A DNA stretch of 63,336 bases, counting the filler, from Chrysochromulina tobinii (taxonomy: Eukaryota), in the NCBI GenBank assembly GCA_001275005.1. It is 5 parts of 5 records of this genome, joined end to end, with 100 filler letters (N's around TTAATTAATTAA, not from the genome) between each part and the next. Parts side by side here need not be neighbours in the genome. Positions count along the whole stretch, not along the records: positions 40,943 to 57,280 come from JWZX01000744.1; positions 57,381 to 63,336 come from JWZX01000755.1; 3 more parts are not named here. The stretch is one strand, 5' to 3'. A program made the position numbers and the translations under genes. Positions 54,201 through 63,336 of the stretch are shown in pieces. The notes under the pieces were generated by a model. That model had not been told where the DNA came from. It saw nothing but the letters and a program-made list of their open reading frames with translations, and did not search any database. Numbering within the stretch: position 1 is the stretch's first letter; the number at the start of each line of letters is the position of its first letter.

Positions 54201-56172
54201 GCAGCCGACGGCGACTGCCGCGCCTCCGCACATGCAGTACGTTTCCACCTTCCAGCAGCAGCCACATCTGCAACATCAGACGCAGCAACCGCAGCAGCCG
54301 CAGCAGCCGCCGCCGCCGCAGCCGCAGTTGCTGCAACAGCAGCAGATGCCGCAGCCGCATTCGCTGCTGCTGCAGCAGCAGCAGATTCAGATGCAGCTGC
54401 AGATTCAGCAGCAGCTGCTGCAGAGCGCGGTCGCAAACGCGGCGCTCCGGCCTCCCATCGACCGATCCCAATCCGCGACCGACACAGACACCGGATACGA
54501 GGGCGAGAGCGGGTACGATGGCGACGATGGCGTCGACGGCGCCATCTCGCGTGGCGCTTCGTACGAGCGTGGCAGGGGCTTTGCCGGCAAGTCGATCTCG
54601 GTCCGCTCGCAGCCTGCCACATCCATCAACACGCAGTGGGCCATGCGCGGCGGCCGACCTCCAGTGGGCACTTCCATTGCGCCGTCGCCGGCGCTCGCGC
54701 CCGGCGCTCAAGCGGCGCTCGCCCTCGCACAGAGTGGCACTGCCCGTCCGGAGCGCATCTCCTCGGGCTCTGAGGCACGAAGGCCTATGGCGGGGGGGGG
54801 CGTCGCCGCATCGGGCGCCGCATTGGGCGCCTCGCCAGCGCAGGGCAGCGCCGGCACGCCGACGGTGGCGCCACCGGGCGTGAGCCAGTTTGCGCAGCCT
54901 GGCGGCGGCGGCGCGCTGCTCAAGCGGCGGGCGCAACTGCCTCCTGCCCTGGGCCAGGAGAGTGACGATGGATTGGGTGGCGCGTTGGGTGGCGCCATCG
55001 GCATACTAGGCCTTGGCGGCGCAACCAACGGCGGCGTCATCAATGGCCTCGGGGGCACCATCTCGCGCTCTACGCCTTTCACGGAGCTCCTAGCGCGCCG
55101 TGGCTGTGACACGAGCGGCGTTCTCGCCTCACCCGCGCTCGGCGCCGGCGCGGCGGCCGGGCTGCTCGCGAACCTGCCGCCCGGCTGCATGCATTCGGGC
55201 ATGCATGCGGACGCCCCTCCGGAGCCGGGCGTGGTCGCGGGCTTGGAGCTTCTGACGGCGCACATGCGGAGGCATGGCGATCTCGGCGGCAGCGCGTACG
55301 GCGCCGGCGAGGGCGCCAGCGGCGCGGACGGCGCGGCGTCGGCGCCGCATGCGCACTCTGGTATCGGACACGCCCGTGGCGAGTCGTTGCCTGCCGCGAG
55401 GAGGCGCGCGCACCCACCCTCAGCCCACGCGAGCTCGCTCGGGCAGGCGGCGGCGGCGATGGACGGAGGGCTCGGTTCGTCCCACCCAGACGAGGTCACC
55501 GCGGCCGAGGTGGACGACGCGATGTATTCCTTCGCGAGGTCGCGCCGCGCTCTGTCGGGCGTCGTCACGGGCGGCGACGGCGCTGAGGACGACCCGCCGA
55601 TGCACGTCGGCTATTCGGCTTTGGGGATCAGTGACGAGGCGAGTGCGCCGATGGAGGCTTCGTTGCCGCTGTACGCTTGCGATGGCACCTTCAGCAAAGG
55701 CGGCAGCCTGAGCGCCAGCCTGGGCGGCAGCCTGGGCGGCAGCCGCGGCGGCAGCGGACGGCCGAGCTCCGGTGGCAGCCGTGCCCGGCCCGGCTCGCTC
55801 GGCGTGGGCGGCGGCGGCGCGTGTGGCGTGCTCGTGGGCGGCGCTCCCCCGGCCTGCGCGAGCGTCGCTGGTGCCACGTCGGCCACTGCGATGTGTGGAC
55901 GCCGGTACGCGGGCGGAACGTCGGCCCTCTCTCAAACGCTACCGGTCAAGCCGCCCGCTCACGACAGCGTGGGCTCCATAGGGGCCGGGGCGCTGATGGC
56001 GGGGGCGCCTGGCGCGGCACCTGGCGCGGCACCGTCAGCGTCGCTCCTGGGGAATGGCTCATGGCCGCGCTCGGGGCTTTCGCGCCCGCGCACGGGCGAG
56101 GCGGTGCCTGGTGGCCGTCCGCTCGACGTACGCTCGAATCCGGCACAGACCAACCGACGGACCGCCTATTGA
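51245..56172 (+). CDS. Cytosolic carboxypeptidase (CCP/AGBL, M14; tubulin deglutamylase) with long Gln/Gly-rich tail
   Basis: FESRFESGNL, HTQWYYF, YPYSY, ARVHPGESNASW, PMLNP|DGVICGNYRC...DLNRRW, DLHGHSRK, TMEASFCG. Introns 51751-51900, 52358-52550, 52639-52746; a further intron or frameshift near 54000-54079 leads into ORF 53806-56172. Confidence 0.92.
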
Positions 56173-57280
56173 CGCATTGGAGGCGCGCCGTCTCTCAAGG
56201 ATGCCTGCCTGTGCCTCAGAACGGCCCAGCCTTCTGTGTCGGAGAAAGGGCCGCAAAAGTTGCAGAGCAAGCCTGCGCCATGGAAGAGCAAACCAAAAGG
56301 AGTGGACTGTGGGGCTGGGGGCGGTCCGGCGCTGCAATATGCGCTGCACATGTGCACCTGAGAGTGCACGATGTGATTCAAGCGTTCGCTACGGTATCGC
56401 CTGTCGGTGTACATGTGAATGGGTCTAAGAGTAAGACTCTGCCGTGTGGAGGGGTTTTCGCCCGTCTCTCGGTCCGTCCCCGACGCGACGTACACGACAC
56501 ACACGCCCGCAAAATAATTTTGCTACTTTTGGGGGCGACCGTGTTGCTGTTCGGCTTCGGGCGGAGACGCACCGGTCCGACGCGCGCGACGGGGCCAGGC
56601 CGCAGGCGCCAGCTGCCGACGGCCGCGCGCACCGGCCACCGCGACCCGGAGCGACCCGCCGACCCGGGGACCAGCACGCACCCACAACCCAGGACCACCA
56701 GACCTCTCCACGTCGAACGTAACGTCTTACGTCCGCCGAATCTGCAATCTCGCCCCGGACGATGGCGTGGTCTTCAACTTGAACTTCAGATCGTTCATAC
56801 ATTGTTACAATTTCGAATTTGGATTGCGGCCTGGCCCTGCGCGCGGGCGTGGCACCCATGCACCCGGGAATAATCTAAATCTTAACCGCGCGACGATGTC
56901 CCATCGTGTGCCTTGTCGTGGTCTTAGTGCGTGGGCGGGTGGAGCGCTGGAGCGGAGCGCCGCGGGCCGCGCGCGCCGGCGCCGGAGAGTCCTCGAGAGA
57001 CGAGAGCGAGCCGTGCGTGGCGCCAGGGGCCCGCGCTCGCCCGCAGTCAGCACAACAGCAGTGCGGCGGTTATGCGGCGGAGCCCCGCCGCACCGCCGGG
57101 GCCCGAACGCCCCCGCCCCGGGGACCGCGCGGCCGGAGGGAACCACGCCGCCCCGCGATACAGCGCATACACCTTGTCTGCTCCAATGGGTCGGTACCAC
57201 TTGTCGAGGACCGACAGGGGGGCGCGTTCTGGAAGGGGTATTCAAGTTGCCCCTTAGCCCGCCGCAGGCGCGAAAATTTG

Positions 57281-57380
57281 NNNNNNNNNNNNNNNNNNNN
57301 NNNNNNNNNNNNNNNNNNNNNNNNTTAATTAATTAANNNNNNNNNNNNNNNNNNNNNNNNNNNNNNNNNNNNNNNNNNNN
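57281..57380. other. Artificial contig spacer
   Basis: N44-TTAATTAATTAA-N44. Confidence 0.99.
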
Positions 57381-57749
57381 ATCCCGCATGTATTCCCCGT
57401 ATCTCGACTGTATCTCGGCGAATATCTCGCATAAATCTCGCATGATTAACTAATATCGCGCCCGACATCCCTACCAAAAAAGTTTACAAGGCTGTATACC
57501 ACAATAATCCACGTCACCACCCTTCTCCACAGAGGGAGAGTGGGACCACCCCCCTCTACGGGGGCGGCCGCGACGTCCAACACCGCCACACAGCAAAGAA
57601 AACGAAACCTCCCAACCCACCACCCGTCGGAAAAGCGGGGTTCGAGGTGTGGGTTCTCTCTAAGGGGGGTCTAGTTAGGGTGCACCACTGCAGACTGTAC
57701 TGTACCGTAGTATACGCCCATCTCATTGGGGAGATACGTCGAACCCTCG

Positions 57750-58500
57750 GGTGCGTGCGTGTATAGGTATGGTCCGGTCACCAAAAGCAAACTTTTCTGT
57801 ATCAAAGGTGCGAGTGACAGACGCGTCGAGGAAGGAGCCGAACTTGGTGATTAAGTCGGTGACATACAGCTCCTGCGACATCGAGAGGGTGCGAGCCTGA
57901 CGATCGCGCGTGATAGCCACACTCAGGATCCATTTAAGCTCTCCCTTGTCCTCAGTGGGGAAGCGTGCGGAAAGGTCGGCGACAAAACGGGCGCGAAGCT
58001 CGGGGTCATTGTCGGCGATGAGGGCGTCATCAACGTAGACGCAAATCCAGAGGATAGATCCTGCAGTCTGGAAGACGTAGAGACAGGGGTCGATCGTCGA
58101 TTGCGTCATGCCCCACGAGATGAGGAAGGAGGAGAAGAGGGCGGCCCATTCCTGACCGGCCTGCTTGAGGCCATACAGAGATCGCCGCAACAACTTGCAC
58201 ACCAATGGGTTCCCGTGCTGATCGAAGGGAAACACATCCAGGTTGGGTAGGAGGTATGCTGGTTGGCGAGGTGAAAGCGGTGGAGGCTGGACGCATCATC
58301 CGAAAGCCAGACTTGCGAGCGGCGTTGCCCTAGCGTTGCCCGTCCTCGTCGAAAAAAGCTCAACGAGCAGCCGTGGCTTCGTCTTATGTGTGCCCAGACG
58401 AAGCTCTAGGGTCACGTCAAGCCGTTGGATGAAGAGGGGAGCACCATGTGGCGGCGCTCTCGATTTCCCGCTTCAGCTCAGACGGATGTCCGCAGTTCTC
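57750..58500 (-). mobile_element. Degenerate Ty1/copia reverse transcriptase (RVT_2) fragment
   Basis: RSLYGLKQAGQEW, IDPCLY, VYVDDALI, DKGELKWIL, MSQELY. Upstream frameshifted remnants (EIE..TW, FVWAHKTKPRLL, AYL) with stops; no LTR pair recognised. Confidence 0.9.
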
Positions 58501-58814
58501 GCGTGGACGAACGAACGAGAGCGAAAGTTAGGTCTTCTTTTGGGTTCCAAACGTCGCCGCGTGAACGCGAAGAACCGGAAGCAGCTTCCCATTCGATTGC
58601 CGTAGAGTTCATCGTTTGGAACCCTCCGGATCGCCTGATTCACACCTCATGTATTGGTGTGAAAGTTCGGAGCCTCGTTTCACAGCCTTGCTACACATAT
58701 TGGGAGCGCCACCCGGGGGTGGGGAAGCCGGCGGTAGCACTCTAAACATTTTGCGCGCACCCGCGGCGCGCGCGCGCGATCAAAAATGATTTCACGACGG
58801 CCGCGTGTGTGACG

Positions 58815-59813
58815 ATGAATGTGCCGACCGTCGAGCCCCTTCCCGACGTCAGAGTTTCGCTCGCGAGCCTGCCGACCTCGGCCCTGACGCAGGCGCTCTA
58901 CCACTTGCTCGAGCTTTCTCTCTTCTCTGGTGAAAAGGGCTACCGATCCATCTCCATCGTCGGTGGCCAGACAATAACCATTGTGGACGAGCCGAATACA
59001 CTCGCATCAATTCAGGCGAGCGTACCGGCGCTTGTGCAGGACGACGTCGAGTGGGCAGTCGTCCGCGTCGCCGAAGGTTCTGCCGGTTTTGAGACCGTCG
59101 GCGTTGTGGAGCGTCTGACTGAGCCCCTGGCACAACAAGGCATCCCAGTGCTGTACCAATCCACATTCTCGACAGACTATTGCCTGATTCCGATCGACCG
59201 ATTGGATGAGGCGCTCGAGTGCTTGCATAGCCACTCCGCGAACGGAGCTGCTGATGCGCCAGCGACCATGCCCACCGCTGCCGGCAACGGTGCGATCAAC
59301 TTAGAGGATCTACCTTCCTTGACACGCGGAGAGAGCCGCGTTAGGCACAACTACCCGCTAACGGTCATGGACCGCGCCTCGGTGCACGTCGTCCGCCTGG
59401 AGAAGTCACATCGCCAACGACACACGGGAGCGCTGCTGCGTCTGCTCTTCATGCCGCATTCGGATGACGCGCCGCAGGCCATCACGAGCCTAACAGAGAC
59501 AGCTGATGAGATCAGCCTGATCGTGGGCGAGGCGGCCTGGTGGGCGGACTATTCTCGCAGTGCAATCGGTCTGCGACACGATACCACAGGGTGGGTGCCC
59601 ATCCGCGTCGGCGACGAGTCGGGCACGCCGCTCGAGGAGACGGGTGTCATCGCGAGCCAGGCCAAGGTGCTCGCTGATGCCAATCTGAGCATTTTATACC
59701 TCTCGACCTTTTATAGCGACTTTACTCTCGTCCGACGAGCGGACCTATCTGCGGCTGAGCAAGCTTTCCAGAGCAGCGGCTTTCGCGTGAAGAAACAGCA
59801 AGCAATTGGATAG
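58815..59813 (+). CDS. CASTOR/GATSL-like tandem ACT-domain protein
   Basis: Two halves: WAVVRV...GFETVGVVERLTEPLAQQGIPVLYQSTFSTDYCLIP and WVPIRV...LEETGVIASQAKVLADANLSILYLSTFYSDFTLV; also SLTETADEISLIV. Confidence 0.85.
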   Translation: MNVPTVEPLPDVRVSLASLPTSALTQALYHLLELSLFSGEKGYRSISIVGGQTITIVDEPNTLASIQASVPALVQDDVEWAVVRVAEGSAGFETVGVVERLTEPLAQQGIPVLYQSTFSTDYCLIPIDRLDEALECLHSHSANGAADAPATMPTAAGNGAINLEDLPSLTRGESRVRHNYPLTVMDRASVHVVRLEKSHRQRHTGALLRLLFMPHSDDAPQAITSLTETADEISLIVGEAAWWADYSRSAIGLRHDTTGWVPIRVGDESGTPLEETGVIASQAKVLADANLSILYLSTFYSDFTLVRRADLSAAEQAFQSSGFRVKKQQAIG

Positions 59814-60425
59814 CAAAGTATCCTCGGCGATATCTGCATTCGAACTGAGCTAGATCTCGGCGCCGCCGGACGCAGAGTCGGCAGCTGCGTCGGGCGCCTC
59901 AGGGTCGAGACGTGCGTCCCCCCCCCCCCGGTATAACGCGTTACCGCCCCGGGGCGGTCCTCGTCCTGCGGGCGGCTTTCGGCCCCGATACGGCGCGGCG
60001 CGGCACAAGGTAATCATCAACGCAATTCGTGATGTCGCGTGCGCGCGTTGCCCGCGCTATTTGCATTCCCGGCGTGCGGCGAGACCGCCGCGCGTCTGGC
60101 ATTCTTTGATACGATCCGGAACCGGCGCCCGACATATTTCCGAGAAGTTACGATCTGTGTCGCACTTGATAGAAGCAACTCCGGAAGATACCCATACCGA
60201 CGTGCATGATATGAAAATCGATAACGAAATAATGCCAATACACGAAACATTTAACGCGTGCGCACGCGGTCGAGGCACGAGGGGGCGGCAGACGTCGAGG
60301 GCCGGGCGGTGTCGCGGTGACGACGGCGAGGTCCGTTCCGTTCGGGAACGAGGCAGCCACAGTCAAAGTGCTGGACCGGGGAAAACGGTATCCAGACTTG
60401 CATCGCGCCTTCCGTCGCGCCTTGT

Positions 60426-62084
60426 CTATTGTGGCAAGCTTCGCAAGAGCTGCTCCACACGTGCGATGTCCTTGCTCAAGTCTGCACGGTCCGGGTCGTC
60501 GACGTGGCCGATGGGCGTCATGTTGGGCGTGCTGGCACTGTTCACGAGCTCGAGAAGTCGGTGCTGCACTTGCAGCCGAACCATCAAGAAGCGCTCGGCA
60601 GTCGCATTTGGTCCCAAGGCAGATGCGCGGAGGGCAATGCCGAGGACATACGCTATGGCCAAAGGCTCGGCGACCTCCAGCGCAGCGGTGCTCAGCCACT
60701 TCGCAAACCCGGTAGAAAACGTCAACAACTGCTGCTGCTGTACGACGTTAGGGGCCTCACCCTGGTCGGCGTGGGCCGCCCGCTGCACTCGCATGGCGAC
60801 CAGTAGACCGTATGCAGCACGCACGACGCGGCGGTCTGCCTCCGTAGACGGCATCGGTAACGGTGTCTTCCCAGTCGTGGGCGACGGCCAGCTCGGAAGC
60901 AGATTGTGCGCCAAGAGAATTGGCAAGAGCTGTGTGATGGCATGTTGCCATTCGGCCGCGCTACCTTGCGCCAGGCCCACAGCCAGCGCGGTCACCACGT
61001 CATCCCCGCTGACAGCCGATTTGAAGCGCTCTTCACTGAGCATGGCGAGCAGTGTTTGGCGCACTGGTAGCCCAGGCGTGGCTGCGGCGATCACGAGCGC
61101 AACGAGCGCCTCGACCACACTGGCAAGGCCCAATGTGTGCTGCAGCCACGCTGCCAGCCGCTCGCCCGCGCTGGCACGAGCTGAGGCACCTCCTGAGGCA
61201 CCTTCCGCCTCTGCAGAGCTCTCCGCGGGAGTGGTCGGATCTCTCGTAGTTGAATGACAACGAGGAGCAATCGAGCGCATCCGATCGACAAGTGGCCACA
61301 CGTGCAGCTGCGTGCGCCATGAAAGGGCACTCCACTGTTGCTGCGCCACGAGCAACCATGACGAAGCGCTGAGCGTCGCTGCACGCGCTCGAGGCAGCAG
61401 CAACTGGACGCTGGCGTGCGAGCACCTCAGGAGCAAATCCACCGTCTCAACCGAGAGCTGCGAGCGTAGCTCGAGTAGCTCGAGTAACGCGCCGAGCAGT
61501 GCACTGAGGACCGCTGTGCCCAAAGGTCGCTCCTTGAGGCACGTCGAGAGTTGCTGTGCTGTCGGCTGCGCAGAGCGACCGCTGAGCACTTGAAGTACAG
61601 CCTCCAAGACCACACTCCCTTTTTGGGCGCGCGTGATTTGCGCGGTATCCTGGCGTAGCAGCGGCACGAGGACGACTGAGAGGAGCAGATCGCGACTCAC
61701 AAGGGGCTGGCCATCTCTCGCATCCTGAATGTCGTTCAAAGGGTGCTCGATTTGTTGAGTCAGGCGAGCCATGAAAAGCAGGAGAGCACGCTGCCGAGGA
61801 ATGGGCAACTCTTGGTCGAGCATACCTCGGAGTAGGTGCAACAGGTGTGGCACGCTGGTGCTGCCGTGCTGCACCATCCAAGGCAGGCGCAGGAGCAGCC
61901 CATAAATGAGCTCGGCTTGCTCCACAGCGAGGCTGGCACATTTCAAGCTACCAGCCAGCAACTCATCAGGGTCGGACTGTGCCAACACGCAAAATTCAGA
62001 CATGAATGTTGCATCGCTGAGACACATTGAAGTCGCCCGATTCAGAAGACGTCGGACTGCGGCAACCCGAGACGTGTGTGCCAT
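60426..62084 (-). CDS. Hypothetical Leu-rich alpha-helical (ARM/HEAT-like) protein
   Basis: ~550-aa ORF from ATG 62084, amphipathic Leu/Ala-rich helices; family not recognised. Confidence 0.65.
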   Translation of the reverse strand: MAHTSRVAAVRRLLNRATSMCLSDATFMSEFCVLAQSDPDELLAGSLKCASLAVEQAELIYGLLLRLPWMVQHGSTSVPHLLHLLRGMLDQELPIPRQRALLLFMARLTQQIEHPLNDIQDARDGQPLVSRDLLLSVVLVPLLRQDTAQITRAQKGSVVLEAVLQVLSGRSAQPTAQQLSTCLKERPLGTAVLSALLGALLELLELRSQLSVETVDLLLRCSHASVQLLLPRARAATLSASSWLLVAQQQWSALSWRTQLHVWPLVDRMRSIAPRCHSTTRDPTTPAESSAEAEGASGGASARASAGERLAAWLQHTLGLASVVEALVALVIAAATPGLPVRQTLLAMLSEERFKSAVSGDDVVTALAVGLAQGSAAEWQHAITQLLPILLAHNLLPSWPSPTTGKTPLPMPSTEADRRVVRAAYGLLVAMRVQRAAHADQGEAPNVVQQQQLLTFSTGFAKWLSTAALEVAEPLAIAYVLGIALRASALGPNATAERFLMVRLQVQHRLLELVNSASTPNMTPIGHVDDPDRADLSKDIARVEQLLRSLPQ

Positions 62085-62268
62085 TGTTACCGGTACAACT
62101 TGGCGCTGAATTGCACTTATGTAGTTTCGTAACGTCAGGTCGAAGATACCGTCACATATTTCCAACGATTTCATTCTGCGTAAACTTCGAAGTCCAAATT
62201 TGGGCGAGATTGCGCATCCGGCACGCACGTGAGGCCGCCCAAAAAACGTCCTATCCAGATTCTGCCTT

Positions 62269-63130
62269 ATGTTCACTCCTCCGCCTCCGCCTGCGGCACT
62301 GAATGTGACGGTGTCTCCGCCTCCGCCGCCGCCCGGGAATCTGTCGCTGCCGACCACTCCTTTTGGCTCGTGCTGGATGCGTCACCCGACGGGCTGCCCG
62401 TGCTCGTCGGGCAGCGGCTGCCGCGCTGCGAACAGCAGCGCGTACTACCCAGTGGCCGGATGGAACCGCGACTTTTACGGCGAGAGCAACCTGAACCTGA
62501 ACACGCGCACGTTTGCGGGCTGCGCGTCGCGCCAAACATCTGAGAACAACTGGTGCGGCACGACGAACATCGTGACGTACTACGTACCGTACCCGTCTCC
62601 GTCACCACCTCCTTCGGTGCCACCACCGCCCTCGCCGCCCCCACTTCCTCCGCCTCCTGTGCCGCCATCCCCACCTCCGCCGTCGCCGTCGCCGCCGCCG
62701 CCGGTCGTTACGTTACCAACATCGCCTTTCGGCTCGTGCTGGATGCGTCACCCGACGGGCTGCCCGTGCTCGTCGGGCAGCGGCTGCCGCGCTGCGAACA
62801 GCAGCGCGTACTACCCATCGTATCGATGGAACCGTGACGTTTAAGACAAGAGCAACCTCAACACGCTTGTGGGCTGCACGTCGCGCGCAACAACTAAGAA
62901 CAACTGATGCGGCACGACCGTAGCCGTAACCCATCTCCGTACCCGTAACGATGTTCCGTACCCGTCTCCGTCACGACCTCCATCCGTAACGATGTTCCGT
63001 ACCCGTCTCCGTCACGACCTCCATCGCAGCGCATTCCTCGCCGCATCCGACCTCGCCCTCGCCGCCTTCACCCTTGCCCTCGCAGCCACCGACTGTGCCA
63101 CCCTCGTGTCCGCCGCAATCTGCGCCACCG
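62269..63130 (+). pseudogene. Pro-rich protein with a duplicated Cys-rich module; second copy has nonsense changes
   Basis: Module PFGSCWMRHPTGCPCSSGSGCRAANSSAYYP..WNRD at ~62345-62600 and ~62711-62930. In copy 2, TAC>TAA (62842-62844) and TGG>TGA; SPPP-coding sequence continues downstream. Confidence 0.65.
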
Positions 63131-63134
63131 CCAA

Positions 63135-63336
63135 TCAGCAGCCGCGGATCAAGATGGTGAACTCGTCCTCGGGGGGGCCGCCCTCTGAGCGGCCGCCGAC
63201 GATCACCAAAGAGAGGGCGCCATACTTACCTTGGCGCACGAAGACGAGGTGTCCGCTGGACACCCCCTTCGTCTGGGACGAATGATAGTCACTCGAGGTG
63301 ACGTCCCAGACACGGTACAACTCCGTCTCGATTACG
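63135..63336 (-). CDS. 3' end of a gene entering from beyond the window
   Basis: Open frame VIETELYRVWDVTSSDYHSSQTKGV...ILIRGC* from the window edge. Confidence 0.4.
   Translation of the reverse strand, partial: VIETELYRVWDVTSSDYHSSQTKGVSSGHLVFVRQGKYGALSLVIVGGRSEGGPPEDEFTILIRGC

Overview
Eukaryotic, GC-rich, intron-containing DNA that looks like a haptophyte (Chrysochromulina/Prymnesiales-like; inferred from gene content, GC level and intron style). It is not one locus. Five contigs (1-18756, 18857-30068, 30169-40842, 40943-57280, 57381-63336) are joined by artificial 100-nt spacers (N44-TTAATTAATTAA-N44), so adjacency across a spacer means nothing. The main discovery is in contig 1. Five minus-strand ORFs splice through six GT-AG introns into one ~2,250-aa protein: SAM - putative permuted macro-like domain - Nudix - PARP/ART - DEAH helicase with an inserted WWE-like domain - KH-like region - CCA/PAP-type nucleotidyltransferase. 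It sits head-to-head (272 bp) with a DUF1810 - SAM - DEDDh exonuclease - KH gene. Together they look like a compact ADP-ribose/RNA surveillance system, possibly antiviral; that function is inferred. A second signal: many introns are filled with 10-22-nt tandem repeats built on the branch-point consensus CTRAY and carry near-exact copies of the flanking exon ends, suggesting an active intron-generating or remodelling mechanism. The rest is mostly housekeeping or lineage-typical genes (SAP30BP, YiiX-like amidase, BspA-type LRR, ferredoxin, GT8, CS domain, mS35, EF-hand, Kelch, FHA, Tudor, syntaxin, cytosolic carboxypeptidase, CASTOR-like) plus a decayed copia RT fragment. All domain calls are by-eye motif recognition; no database search was run.
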